In this document: positions 8,336 to 18,420 of the stretch, in pieces
How positions within the stretch are numbered: the first letter of the stretch is position 1
How the letters are laid out: each line of letters starts with the position of its first letter
Assembly: GCA_038227875.1 (NCBI GenBank)
Contig: JBBRPR010000045.1
Span: 8,403-72,402 of the forward strand
Direction of reading: 5' to 3'
DNA: 64,000 nucleotides
Source of the DNA: Planctomycetota bacterium
GTDB taxonomy: Bacteria > Planctomycetota > SZUA-567 > H5-PLA8
Notes under the pieces: model-generated
Told to the model about the DNA's origin: nothing
Databases searched by the model: none
What the model saw: the letters and a program-made list of their open reading frames with translations, nothing else
Program-made: the position numbers and the translations under genes

Positions 8336-11194
8336 TTACTCGAGTTCCAGGACGATGGACTTCATCGTGGGCTTGGTGGCGCATTTGATTGTGTATTTGT
8401 CGTCGGGGGATTTGGCGATGTGGATGTCCTGCTTCGCCACGCCGGCTTCTTCCCAATTGTAGGTGATCTTGACGGGCGCGAAGCCGCCGTGGGGTTCTTT
8501 GTAGTCGGCGTCGATGCGGAAAGCATTGATCATCGTCGCGTTGTTGTTGGTGGTACCGGCGTAACGGACCCAGGCTTTGCGCGTGCCGGCGGGGACGTCG
8601 GTGGAGATCGTGAACTTGCAATCGTTGGTGACGGGGCCACTGGCGCGGTCGACAGTCTTGAAGGATTTGCCGTCGAAGGAGACCTGGTAGTCCCAGCCGG
8701 CTTTGGCGTCGCGGGCGCGGTAGTAGGAACCGAAGCGCAGGCGCGTCATGTCGCCTGGGGTTTCGATGGGAAAGGTGATGCTGCCTTCGGCGCCGTTGAT
8801 CATCAGACCCGGGCGGGTGATGTTGACTTCCGCGGGATCGTAGTCGGTGTAGACAATCTGCTTGGAGGCCTGCGCGGGATCGGTGTTGGCTTCAAGCGTG
8901 ATGGTCCCTTCTTGAGCACCCGCGTTGAAGCTGATCGTGTTGTCGCCGAGGCCCAGCGCGGGGAGCGGGCGCTGCGAGTGCTGGATGTCGTGGGAGATCT
9001 GGAGCGCATCGAGGCCCGTGCCTTTGCCGGTGAGCGTGACTTTCAGCTGGTATTCGTAGCGGCGGAAGGCGAAGGGCTTGAGGTCGATGTGCTGTTCGCC
9101 GCTGGCGGTGATTTTCGTCACGTCCTTCCAGTGGTGGCCGTGGTTGTCGCTGAAGGCGACGGCGATCGAACCGCCATCACCAATCACGGACTTCAGGAAG
9201 AGATCGCCACTGAGGTAAATGTAGCTGCAGGGCATGCGGAGGATCAGTTCGCCAGGCTTCGCGGCGTCTTGCACGTGAACGGCCGGGCCGGCTTTGTCTT
9301 CGGCGCTGGTGGCGAGGTTGACGACGGAGAGCGCGCCGGCTTTGAAGCTGCCGTCGGCCAGCGGCACGGCGTAGTCGAGCTTTCCATTGCCGACGCGGCC
9401 GTTGGTCAGATCGCCTTCCTTGATATTGTAGCGGTTGAGTTTATCTGGCGTCATTGAAATGCAGCCGGGGCCGCCGCCTTCGAGCATGTTGACGTGGAGG
9501 CCGGTGTTCGACCAGTTGCGCGTGAGGCGTTCGCCTTTGCGCAGTTGAATGTTGACCTGGTAGCCGATGGCGTAGCCGGGTTCCCACGGCATTTTGTTGC
9601 TGCCGTCGTATTCGCCCATGTTGGAGTACCAGCCGTGCGTCATCGCCGGCAGCCAGCCGCGGTCATCGTAGGAGGGACTGCGGGTGAGGACGTCGGGGCC
9701 AGTCTTGAATCCAGCGCCCTTGAATTCCAGCTCGCGCAGCTTGTCCTCGTTGCCTTTGTAACCGGGGTTCTTGCCGTACCAGTCGGCGACGCCGGCGAAG
9801 ATTTCGTCGACGCTGGCGATCTTGCCGTCGGCCTTGGGGAAGTTGACGATCAGCGAGCCGTCCATGAGGTGCCAGGCGTCGTCCCAATACATTTCGGAGA
9901 CGACATGGCGGTTGATGGTCCAGCCGCGGGCCTTGACGCCGACGTGGCGCGCGAGCTGTTCGGTGTCGGCGGTGGCGACGCCACAGAAGCTGTAGCCGTA
10001 GACGTTGAAAATTTTCATTACGTCCTGGACCAAGCCTTCATTGTGGAGGAATTCGTTGGGCGGGCCGTCCTGGTACTGGTAGGTCCAGACCGACTTCCAG
10101 ACCGTGCGCGCTTTCTCCTCGTCGCTCATGCCGTCCTTGATGTACGACTTTTTCCACGCATCGAGACTGGAGACGTCGGGCACTTTATCCGAGAGCACTT
10201 TGATATAGCTGACGACGCCGATGCTGTTCGTGGATTCTGGCGGCGGAGGAGTTTTCTCGTCGCCCTTCGGAATTTCACGGATGGCAGGCAGCACGGCGGC
10301 GCGCGCGGGTTCCGACGGCTTGCCTCCGCCGAACGCGTAAGCTCCGGCGGCGAGCGTCGCGACGAAGGCCGCGGCGGCAACGGCTTTGGGGATCCACGCG
10401 CCAAATTTGGCGCCAGCTTGGAGCGTCTTTCCGGCTTTCGCGGCGTGGCCGGCGTGCGCGGCGGCCTGCAGTGAAGCGACGGCGCCAACGGACGCCGGCG
10501 CCTGGGCCAGCGGCAGGGTGCGCAGGCTGGCTTCGAGCATCACGGCAGAGAACGCCGCGCCACTTGCTCCAGCGAGCGAGGTCCGCAGTGTCGTCAATCC
10601 TCGCGCGATGCGTGAACCGACGGTGCCGGCGGGGATGCCGAGCGTGGTGGCGACTTCCGGCTGCGAGAGTCCATGCAGAAAATGGAGCGCGATGGGCAGC
10701 TGCATGTCCGGCGGCAGCTTTTCCAGCGCGTGGCGCAGTTCGGGGCCGGTGAGTGCGGGCGCGGCGTTGGTCGCGTCACGTTGCGTGTCAATATTCATCG
10801 AGTAGGAATCCTCCCGGGCTTCGCGACGGCGATCGGCGCGGCGCGCGTTCATGGCGACGTGGCGCGTGACGCCCAGCAACCACGCGCGGATCGGCAGCGC
10901 GGGGGTGCGGGTGGCGGTGCGCAGAAAAATTTTCAGGAACACTTCCTGGGCGATGTCTTCGGCGAGGGCGGCATCGCCGACGCAGCGGCGCGCGAAGTCG
11001 TAGACGCTGTCGCGATGGAGCGCGACGAACGTTTCAAACGCGCGCACGTCGCCGGTGGCGAGATACGCGGCGTAAAGTGCTTCGTCGGAGGCCGGCGGCG
11101 CTGCCATGGGGGCCTTGGCGGCCATTGCGGGTGGTACGGACTTCATGTTGAGCTTCTCCAGCGCAGAATTCCGGGCTGCCAGGATCTCTACCAT
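8336..11194 (-). CDS. ECF sigma-70 factor with a TM helix and a large C-terminal transglutaminase-like/beta-sandwich extension
   Basis: Sigma2 (DAALAEDIAQEVFLKIF..RAWLLGVTRH) and sigma4 (LSQPEVATTLGIPAGTVGSRIARG), an Ala-rich linker, hydrophobic AVAAAAFVATLAAGAYAF, then YGYSFCG..RHVVSEMYW..WHLMD. Exact start uncertain. Confidence 0.85.
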   Translation of the reverse strand: MVEILAARNSALEKLNMKSVPPAMAAKAPMAAPPASDEALYAAYLATGDVRAFETFVALHRDSVYDFARRCVGDAALAEDIAQEVFLKIFLRTATRTPALPIRAWLLGVTRHVAMNARRADRRREAREDSYSMNIDTQRDATNAAPALTGPELRHALEKLPPDMQLPIALHFLHGLSQPEVATTLGIPAGTVGSRIARGLTTLRTSLAGASGAAFSAVMLEASLRTLPLAQAPASVGAVASLQAAAHAGHAAKAGKTLQAGAKFGAWIPKAVAAAAFVATLAAGAYAFGGGKPSEPARAAVLPAIREIPKGDEKTPPPPESTNSIGVVSYIKVLSDKVPDVSSLDAWKKSYIKDGMSDEEKARTVWKSVWTYQYQDGPPNEFLHNEGLVQDVMKIFNVYGYSFCGVATADTEQLARHVGVKARGWTINRHVVSEMYWDDAWHLMDGSLIVNFPKADGKIASVDEIFAGVADWYGKNPGYKGNEDKLRELEFKGAGFKTGPDVLTRSPSYDDRGWLPAMTHGWYSNMGEYDGSNKMPWEPGYAIGYQVNIQLRKGERLTRNWSNTGLHVNMLEGGGPGCISMTPDKLNRYNIKEGDLTNGRVGNGKLDYAVPLADGSFKAGALSVVNLATSAEDKAGPAVHVQDAAKPGELILRMPCSYIYLSGDLFLKSVIGDGGSIAVAFSDNHGHHWKDVTKITASGEQHIDLKPFAFRRYEYQLKVTLTGKGTGLDALQISHDIQHSQRPLPALGLGDNTISFNAGAQEGTITLEANTDPAQASKQIVYTDYDPAEVNITRPGLMINGAEGSITFPIETPGDMTRLRFGSYYRARDAKAGWDYQVSFDGKSFKTVDRASGPVTNDCKFTISTDVPAGTRKAWVRYAGTTNNNATMINAFRIDADYKEPHGGFAPVKITYNWEEAGVAKQDIHIAKSPDDKYTIKCATKPTMKSIVLELE

Positions 11195-11453
11195 GCTGCA
11201 TACACCTCCGCGTGCCGAGTGAAGCGGTCTTCGCAGATAGATCTCCGCCGGCGGGGTGAGTTCTCCCAGAAAGTGTAACGAATTGGAGAAAAAAGTGGGG
11301 AGGAACTGGGTAAGTATTAGTTGATGAAGGGCGCCGACTTAGCGAAATGGCGACGCGGTGGCAGGTCGTTTTTGCCGCTTAAAAAACGCTGGCTTCCGCA
11401 ATGTTTGGGCGGCGCTCCGCATCGAAAGTGCGAAGCGCGAATTGGACATTCCA

Positions 11454-12638
11454 TCAATGCGATCCCAATCGCTTCACAGCTTCGCCGGACATCAGATCGT
11501 GGGCTTCGGCGAGCGCGGCGGGGATCGTGACGGCGTGGGGACTTTTCTTCAGGCAGGGGAAGAAGTCAATGCCATCGAGCTTGTCGGCTTTGTTGCCGGG
11601 AAACCAGTGGTCGGCTTTGCCCAGCAGGTTGTAGCGCATCTTGCCGTACTCGGTCATGTCGAACGCGCGCACGAAATTGCGCAGCCGCAGAATCTCGAAG
11701 ACGTTCACCTCGCCGGGCACGTCCTGCCATTCGGGCAGGCCGACGTGCCAGGACTGCATCCAGTCGCGGCCCAGTGATTTTTCGAGTTCCTCCTGCAGGC
11801 GCGCTTCGACTTGTTTCACGACGGCGGCATGCTGTTCGGGCGATTCCAGATACGGCAGTGCGCGCAAGTGTTCGTCGAAGTCCGACGGCCGCGCCGCGCC
11901 GATGCTGAGCGTGTGCACTTCCGGACGAGCGAGGCACCACAAATTGTTAAAGACGATCGGCGAAACCGGATCGGTCAGCTTCACCAGTTTCTCGCTGGGC
12001 GCGTAAAGTTTCCCGCCCTTGTCGCTGGGGCTGATGATGAACACGCCCATGCCCAACTTCGTCGCCAGCTCGATCGCCGGCCAGTTGAACGGATTGACGT
12101 AGTACCAATGCAGATTCACGTACTCGAAACGGCCGTCGCCGATCGTGTCGAGCATCACCTTCAGATTGCTGTGCGTCGAGAATCCAACATGGCGGACGCG
12201 GCCCTGCTCCTTCAACTTCAGCGCCGCTTCCAGGCAGCCGCCGGGCCGGACCGACCACTGGCGGCGTTCGTCGGTGTTGATGCCGTGCAGACCGAGCAGG
12301 TCGACGTAATCGAGTTTCAAGAGCGACATCGAACGTTCGAAATTCTTCAGGAACGCTTTCGGATCGGCATCGGGACCAACCTTTGTCTGCACGATCATCT
12401 TGTCGCGCGGCAGCTTGGGGAGAATATGGCCGAGCTGCTCTTCGCTGGTGCCGTAGCCGCGGGCAGTTTCGATGTGGTTGATGCCCGCGTCGAGCGACCG
12501 GCGGATGGTCGCCTCGAGATTTTTCTGGCTGTCGGGCGTGAACGGATCCTTGTCGTTCCACGACTGCTGGTAACGCATCCCGCCGCAGGAGAACACGGGC
12601 ATCTGCAGGTTCGTCTTGCCGAAACGGCGGTAGAGCAT
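11454..12638 (-). CDS. Aldo/keto reductase family oxidoreductase
   Basis: MLYRRFGKTNLQMPVFSCGGMR, GINHIETARGYGTSE, RHVGFSTH. Confidence 0.88.
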   Translation of the reverse strand: MLYRRFGKTNLQMPVFSCGGMRYQQSWNDKDPFTPDSQKNLEATIRRSLDAGINHIETARGYGTSEEQLGHILPKLPRDKMIVQTKVGPDADPKAFLKNFERSMSLLKLDYVDLLGLHGINTDERRQWSVRPGGCLEAALKLKEQGRVRHVGFSTHSNLKVMLDTIGDGRFEYVNLHWYYVNPFNWPAIELATKLGMGVFIISPSDKGGKLYAPSEKLVKLTDPVSPIVFNNLWCLARPEVHTLSIGAARPSDFDEHLRALPYLESPEQHAAVVKQVEARLQEELEKSLGRDWMQSWHVGLPEWQDVPGEVNVFEILRLRNFVRAFDMTEYGKMRYNLLGKADHWFPGNKADKLDGIDFFPCLKKSPHAVTIPAALAEAHDLMSGEAVKRLGSH

Positions 12639-12711
12639 GGATGGGATCCTCAAGGTTGGGTGCGTGAGGATATTACTTTATAGAGGGACCTGGCGTTCGG
12701 CAATTCCGTTC

Positions 12712-12889
12712 GTAGTCCGGGCGTCCCGCCCGGTCTAACTCCACGCAAGTAAGAATAGCACCTGCGCTCCAGCACACTTCGCTCTACCGCGTAGCAAAAC
12801 CACTTTGCTTCGCGGTAGAGGTTGCCCCTCCAAGGAGTATTGCGTCAGTTCCTATGCCGTGATCTGACCGGGCGGGACGCCCGGACTAC
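12712..12889. repeat. REPIN-like element: two inverted GTAG-type REP units
   Basis: GTAGTCCGGGCGTCCCGCCCGGTC (12712-12735) and its exact reverse complement (12866-12889). Each carries an internal palindrome CCGGGCG-TCC-CGCCCGG. A central hairpin lies at 12782-12820. Confidence 0.8.
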
Positions 12890-12893
12890 AAAT

Positions 12894-15650
12894 TTACTTC
12901 ATCAGCTTCGTCAGGTGCTCCATCAGTGTGTTGTGGAATTCCTCTTCGTTGAAACCCTTCGGCGGCGTGTGCTGGTTCAGGCCGATCTGCTTGTTGAGAC
13001 CTTCGAGATACTCCTGAGCGGCGGTGGCTTCCGGCGTGCCCTTCTTTTTCTCGGCGAGGTTCCAGACCGTCGTCGCCAGGCGCAGATCGAACGCGCCTTC
13101 GCAGCAGCGCACGGCATAAAGCGTCGGAATGACTTCGGATTTGCCCCAGTTGATCACGCCTGGGTCCGGTTCGCGGCCATCCAGATCGAACCACTGATAG
13201 CCCGAGACCGCCAACGTGTGCCACTGCATCAGTCCCTTCAAGCCTTTGCGCATTTCGGCGAAGCAGTACACGCCAAACGTGTAGCGGTCGAGGCCCTGGT
13301 TGTAGATGTGAAGCTCCTTGCCGAACTTCTTCGCGTTGTCCAGATCGTCCTGCGTGTGGGTGTTGACGCCCGACCAGTTCATCGTCCTGAAGATTTCCTG
13401 GATCGTCTTTTCCAGTGGGCCGGTGTTCTTCCAGTCGACGGAATAGAAGCCGCCGACCTTCAGCCACGGCACGGCATCGTGGTAGGCTTTGTGGTATTCA
13501 AGATTCAGCTTCGCCGGCTCTTCCGCGCGCGGTTCATCGAGCTGGCCGTAGTAGATGGGCAGCCAGTTTTCCTTTTCGGCATGCGCTTTCACTTCGCCCC
13601 AGACGATCTTCAGGATGTCGCCGTAGGACTTGCCGGTCTGCTTCATCAGGTTCTTGCCGGTCTCGCCGATTTCATAACCGTCGCTGAGCCCCTCCACCCA
13701 GCCTGGGCCGCCGTAGGAATAGACGGGGTGCGTGATGCCGGCCTTGCGGATCTGTTTGAAGTAATCGTCGCACGCTTTGAAGTCGAGCTTCGGCTTACCC
13801 GTCTCGTCGAAGCCCTGGAAGGGTATGCTCGGTCCGCCACAGAAGCTGTTCATGCCGTACTGCTTCATCAGCTTCGCCAGATCGTAGTAGCCATTTTCGC
13901 GCGGAGACCACGCACCCAGGAAGCCGATGTTGAAGTCGGGATCATCCAGCGCCACGCCGATCACGTCGACGGTGAGCGGCACCTTAATGTTCAGTTCCCC
14001 TGCGCTCAGCGTAACTTCGCCCTGGTACGACCCGGCCTTCGCGTCGGCAGGGATATCGAGGGTGATCCAGAACTGGCGCGTCAGCTCCTTGGTGAGCTTC
14101 AAGCCCGAGCCGTCGACACGCCGGATACTCATCGGCATGATCGTGTAGGCAATGTCGTTGAAGCCGCGCTGCGTGAGATGGTGGATGTAGCGCAGATCGA
14201 GATTGGACGCGGGAATCTTGCCAGCGGGGCCGCTGAGGTCCGTCGCGCTGAGCTTCACGTCGCTGTTGAAATCCTTGAGCGGGCGTACCGCAAAGGTGAA
14301 GGACATGCGCTGGCCGAGCGTGCCGGTGCGCTTGAGTTTGCCGTCAGATTTTCCGGGCGCATCAACGAAGGTCACGGTGTCTTCCAGCGTCGGCACGCCA
14401 AACCAGAAACCTTTCGCCTTGGCGTCGGCGGGGATTTCAAGCGCCTTGGGCTTCGGGCCCATGAAGGCGGCGCGCGTATCGAATTCCTTCTTGTTGCGCT
14501 CTTCGATCTCCGTCACCCACTTTTCGGATTCGGTCTTTCCGGCGTCCGGGTAGACGATCATCGCCGCGACTTTCGTCGACCAGCCGGCGTCGGCCGCGCA
14601 CTGAATGCGCAGCTTGCCGTCGGTGACTTCCGCGTCGAAACGCACCGGTTTGAACAGGTCTTTCATGTACAGCTCCCACATGCTGTCGCCGGGCTTGGGT
14701 TCGATTTTTTCGAAGCGGTAAAGATAGTCATTGGGTCCGTCCGCACCACGGTCGTCGACGTAGACCTGCTTGCCGTTGGCCGAGACGGTGCGCTTGTGGT
14801 GGTGGCAGGTCTCGCCGCCCCAGTAGCCGCAGTCGTCAAAGACCATCCAGACGTGAACTTTTCCGTTGGGGGCTTCGGCGATGAATTCGTTGCCGTTCTC
14901 TTCAAACCAGACATAGTCCTGGTACAGGCGCGTGGGAAACGTGTCGTCGCGGGCCCGGTTGGGCGCGCCGCATTTCATCTTGAAGCCGGCCTTGGCGCCG
15001 TTTTCGCCGAAGACCGTGTTCCACGAGATCGCCGAGAAGCCCGGGAAGACCGTCTGGCTTTCCGGACCGAAATCGAAGGCGAGAATGCCGGCCGGGCGTG
15101 TCTCTTTGGTAAAGCGGATATTGTCGAGGTAGATCGCAGTGACCTTGCCGTTGAATCCGAGGTCCAGGCGCAGGATCTGCGTGGAGTCGATATTCGCATG
15201 GATGTCCCCGTTGCGCGACCCGGCTTCGCCACGGAAGAGCCCGTTGACGGGAATGGAGAGCACGCCCGCGCCGGGTTTCAGATTGAACGTGCCGTTGTGC
15301 CGGTTCCAGTAATTGCTGCCTTTATCCTTCCACGGCTGGTCACCAATCAGGATGGTGCCGTTGACCGGCTCGGTACCGTCGACGAAGACATCGATATCCA
15401 GAGAATCGTACGCGGACCAGTCCTTGGGCATCCGCCAGGATGTCAGGTATTCGCCCGGAAGAATCTTGAGCGACTTCTGCCCGTGTGTGACGTGCTGGTC
15501 GCTGGGCTTTCCGGTCTTCATTTCGAAGAGGGTCATGTCCGCGTCGTTCTCAAAATCGCAGAGCAGCTTCTCTTCCGCGCGTACCGCCAATGCACTGATC
15601 GCCATCAGCGCCAGCAGGGCGCAGCATTTCGAAATTCCGTGTGAAGCCAT
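12894..15650 (-). CDS. Secreted multidomain glycoside-hydrolase-like protein (CBM-like N-terminus, GH123-like region)
   Basis: Signal peptide MASHGISKCCALLALMAISALAVRA after AAGGAG. Motifs LLCDFE..KDWSAYDSLDIDVF, TRQFWITLDIPADAKAGSYQGEVTL and YGQLDEP. Confidence 0.6.
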   Translation of the reverse strand: MASHGISKCCALLALMAISALAVRAEEKLLCDFENDADMTLFEMKTGKPSDQHVTHGQKSLKILPGEYLTSWRMPKDWSAYDSLDIDVFVDGTEPVNGTILIGDQPWKDKGSNYWNRHNGTFNLKPGAGVLSIPVNGLFRGEAGSRNGDIHANIDSTQILRLDLGFNGKVTAIYLDNIRFTKETRPAGILAFDFGPESQTVFPGFSAISWNTVFGENGAKAGFKMKCGAPNRARDDTFPTRLYQDYVWFEENGNEFIAEAPNGKVHVWMVFDDCGYWGGETCHHHKRTVSANGKQVYVDDRGADGPNDYLYRFEKIEPKPGDSMWELYMKDLFKPVRFDAEVTDGKLRIQCAADAGWSTKVAAMIVYPDAGKTESEKWVTEIEERNKKEFDTRAAFMGPKPKALEIPADAKAKGFWFGVPTLEDTVTFVDAPGKSDGKLKRTGTLGQRMSFTFAVRPLKDFNSDVKLSATDLSGPAGKIPASNLDLRYIHHLTQRGFNDIAYTIMPMSIRRVDGSGLKLTKELTRQFWITLDIPADAKAGSYQGEVTLSAGELNIKVPLTVDVIGVALDDPDFNIGFLGAWSPRENGYYDLAKLMKQYGMNSFCGGPSIPFQGFDETGKPKLDFKACDDYFKQIRKAGITHPVYSYGGPGWVEGLSDGYEIGETGKNLMKQTGKSYGDILKIVWGEVKAHAEKENWLPIYYGQLDEPRAEEPAKLNLEYHKAYHDAVPWLKVGGFYSVDWKNTGPLEKTIQEIFRTMNWSGVNTHTQDDLDNAKKFGKELHIYNQGLDRYTFGVYCFAEMRKGLKGLMQWHTLAVSGYQWFDLDGREPDPGVINWGKSEVIPTLYAVRCCEGAFDLRLATTVWNLAEKKKGTPEATAAQEYLEGLNKQIGLNQHTPPKGFNEEEFHNTLMEHLTKLMK

Positions 15651-15682
15651 GAGCGTATCTCCTTTTTCCGGTCTCAAATAAA

Positions 15683-16774
15683 TCAGTGATGGCGCGGGCA
15701 GTCGCACGAACCGCGCGAAAGCCACGACGTCGCAAATTCCACGCGCTGCGGCGGTGCCGCCGGGCGCTTCATCCGTTCGGAGAGCAGCCGCGCCGCGGCC
15801 GCGCCCATTTCATCGATCGGCACGTGCACGGTCGACAACTGCGGCACCGTGAAGTAACCGTCGTCGCCAAAGCCGATGATGCTCATGTCCTTCGGCACAC
15901 GCCAGCCATGCTCGTTGACCGCCGCGATCGCGCCGATCGCCAGCACGTCGCCCGTGCAGACCAGCGCCGTCGGCGGCTTGGTTTCGTTGAGCAGCCGCCG
16001 CGTCGTCGCGTACGCCGCTTCGCCCCAATACACGATGGGATAGATCCGTTCGTTGCGCACGGTCAGGCCATTGGCCGTCAGTGCGCGCATGTAGCCGTTC
16101 TGGCGGCGCAGACCGATGCTGTTGAGTTCGCTGGCCTGCATCAACGCGATGTCGGTATGCCCCATCTTGATCAGCCAGTTGACCGCGTTGAAAACGCCGA
16201 TCTCGCCATTCTGCGCCACTTCGTCGAACATCGCCGGCTCCGCCTGGACGCAGTCGAGCAGCACCACCGGGACGGAAAGTTCCGCGAACAGTTTCGAGAC
16301 GTTCGGATCGCCGAGCCAGACGGCGACGATGCCACGCAGCGATGGATCGTTCTTCAGCGCGTCGATCGCCTGCGCGTACGGTTCCTTCAGCGTGCGAAAG
16401 ACGATCGGCATGCCCGTCTCTTCCAGCCCGACGAAAAGGTATTGCAGCAGCCGGTAATAAATCTGCGAGGTGATCTCGTTGGGATCGGCGGTGCTGACAA
16501 TCGCGACCGATCCTTTGCGCGTGCGCGGCTGCGCAGACTTGCCGTCGCGTACGAACGTGCCTTTGCCGACGATGCGTTTGAACAGGCCTTCGCGGCTGAG
16601 TTCCACCACGGCGCGGCGCACGGTCATGTGGCTGACCTTCAACTGCGCGGCGAGCACGTTCTCATCGGGGATGCAATCCCCGGGCTTGAAGAACCCCGCT
16701 TCGACCTGCGAACGCAGGCCATCCTTGATCTGCTCATAAAGGGGGGACGCCGCTTTTTTCTTCACGTTGAACAT
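15683..16774 (-). CDS. GntR-HTH plus LacI-type ligand-binding regulator (AraR-like)
   Basis: PLYEQIKDGLR..PDENVLAAQLKVSHMTVRRAV..GKGTFV; C-terminal PTALVCTGDVLAIG..VPKDMSIIGFGD. Start 16774 or 16801. Confidence 0.88.
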   Translation of the reverse strand: MFNVKKKAASPLYEQIKDGLRSQVEAGFFKPGDCIPDENVLAAQLKVSHMTVRRAVVELSREGLFKRIVGKGTFVRDGKSAQPRTRKGSVAIVSTADPNEITSQIYYRLLQYLFVGLEETGMPIVFRTLKEPYAQAIDALKNDPSLRGIVAVWLGDPNVSKLFAELSVPVVLLDCVQAEPAMFDEVAQNGEIGVFNAVNWLIKMGHTDIALMQASELNSIGLRRQNGYMRALTANGLTVRNERIYPIVYWGEAAYATTRRLLNETKPPTALVCTGDVLAIGAIAAVNEHGWRVPKDMSIIGFGDDGYFTVPQLSTVHVPIDEMGAAAARLLSERMKRPAAPPQRVEFATSWLSRGSCDCPRHH

Positions 16775-16935
16775 GCACTTGAGTACGCCGAACTGGCGCA
16801 TTTTGTCATGGAAAACGCATGTCGAATAAGTAAGACACTCGTAAGATAATACAAAATAATGATTTACGACTGCAAAAATTTATAATCAAACGCTAGTCAA
16901 TCATACTTCAACGCCATATCTTGGAAAATTCGGCG

Positions 16936-17331
16936 CTACTCCGAAGAGGTTTGCTGCAAGGCCGATTGGACCGTCAGAATCAGCTTCTCCATCTTCCAGG
17001 GTTTGGGCAGAAAATTGACCCGCAACCGTGCCACTTCTTCCTGAAGTTTGGTATCGGGATTACCGCTCATCAGCACCACCGGGAGCGCAGGACGTACCTG
17101 TCGAGCCAGGTGGACCAGCTGCAGCCCGTTGACACTGGGCATGTCAAAGTCAGTCAGCAACAGATCGCAGCGCGTTTTCGTTTCCGACAGCAACTGCAAA
17201 GCATCGGTGCTGGAGGCTCGCACTGTCACCTGATAGCCGTGGCTTGAAAGCGCTGTCTCCGTGAGCGAGAGCAGATCGGGCTCATCGTCAACGATCAAGA
17301 TGTGGCATTCATTTGCCAGAGTTGCGTTCAT
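16936..17331 (-). CDS. Single-domain response regulator (CheY-like receiver)
   Basis: HILIVDDEP, DLLLTDFDMP, VVLMSG, FLPKPW. Confidence 0.88.
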   Translation of the reverse strand: MNATLANECHILIVDDEPDLLSLTETALSSHGYQVTVRASSTDALQLLSETKTRCDLLLTDFDMPSVNGLQLVHLARQVRPALPVVLMSGNPDTKLQEEVARLRVNFLPKPWKMEKLILTVQSALQQTSSE

Positions 17332-17684
17332 CACGACGCCCTCGGGATAAGTTAGGCATGCGCCGAACAAATCACGTGGATTGTGATAAGCAGCCAGCGA
17401 AACAGGAGTGAGCAAGCGTATTATAAATACAGGCTCAGCGCATTCCCCTCAGGCTAATCAGTTAATTGAGTAATTAAATCCTTAGACCGTGTCGCTTTTA
17501 ATAATCATTATTCTCAATAGTGAGAAGATCGTGTCGCAATTGAAAATGTTTCTACTCATGTATTAAACGTTTGTTTTCTCTGATTTTACTTAGCTCTGTT
17601 GAAATCGAGTTCTGATAATATTCTGACTGCTAGCATAAATGAGTGTGCAATCTCGAAAGATCCACAAGGTGTTCCCCTCTCGCG

Positions 17685-18327
17685 ATGAAAATCCGGACAT
17701 TGATCGTCGACGATCACACTATTTTTCGCGAAGGCGTTTCCGTCCTCTTGTCGCGTGATTCCGCCATCGAAGTCGTGGGCTGCGCGCGCGATGGCTTGGA
17801 ATGCGTGGAGACGGCTAAAAAGCTCAAGCCTCACGTCGTCATATGACGTTGAGCTGCCGCGGCTTAACGGCGTGGAAGCCACGCGCGCCGTGCTGTCACA
17901 ATCCAACGCGCGCGTGCTGATCCTCTCGAGAAGTTCCAATCGGCGTCTCATCAGCAAGGCTTTGCAGGCAGGAGCCGCAGGCTACGTTTTAAAAAATTGC
18001 TCGCTGACCACGTTGCTGGATGCCATCAAGGCCGTTCATGCGGGGCAGCGATATCTGGGCCCCAATGTCGTGGATATTGTGGTCTCTGAATATGTTTCTT
18101 CCAGCGTTGCCACCAAGAGTGAGATTGACTTGCTGACGCCGAAGGAGCGGCTGGTGCTGCAACTGCTGGCCGAAGGTCATTCGACCAAGGAAATCGCCAC
18201 GACGACGGATCTGAGCATCAAAACGATTGAAACCCACCGCAACAATCTGATGAAGAAACTCTCCGTCCGCAGCATCGCGTTGCTGACCAAGCTGGCGATC
18301 CGCGAAGGATTAACGTCGGTCGAATAA
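17685..18327 (+). pseudogene. NarL/LuxR-type response regulator split by a frameshift
   Basis: Frame A reads MKIRTLIVDDHTIFREG..KPHVVI then stops at 17846. Frame B continues YDVELPRLNGVEAT..GAAGYVLK..LTPKERLVLQLLAEGHSTKEIA..KTIETHRNNLMKKL. Could be a sequencing error. Confidence 0.75.
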
Positions 18328-18420
18328 CCGTATCCGCCAACAGCACGTCCCATTTTTCCATTGGCCCACGCTCACGCCGCACATATTATGAACCCGACAC
18401 GATATCGGGGACCCGCGCGC

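Noticed and set aside
17841..17847. prfB-like programmed +1 frameshift at ATA-TGA-C
   Set aside because: The P-site tRNA for AUA could not re-pair with UAU and no upstream internal SD was seen; an indel is simpler.
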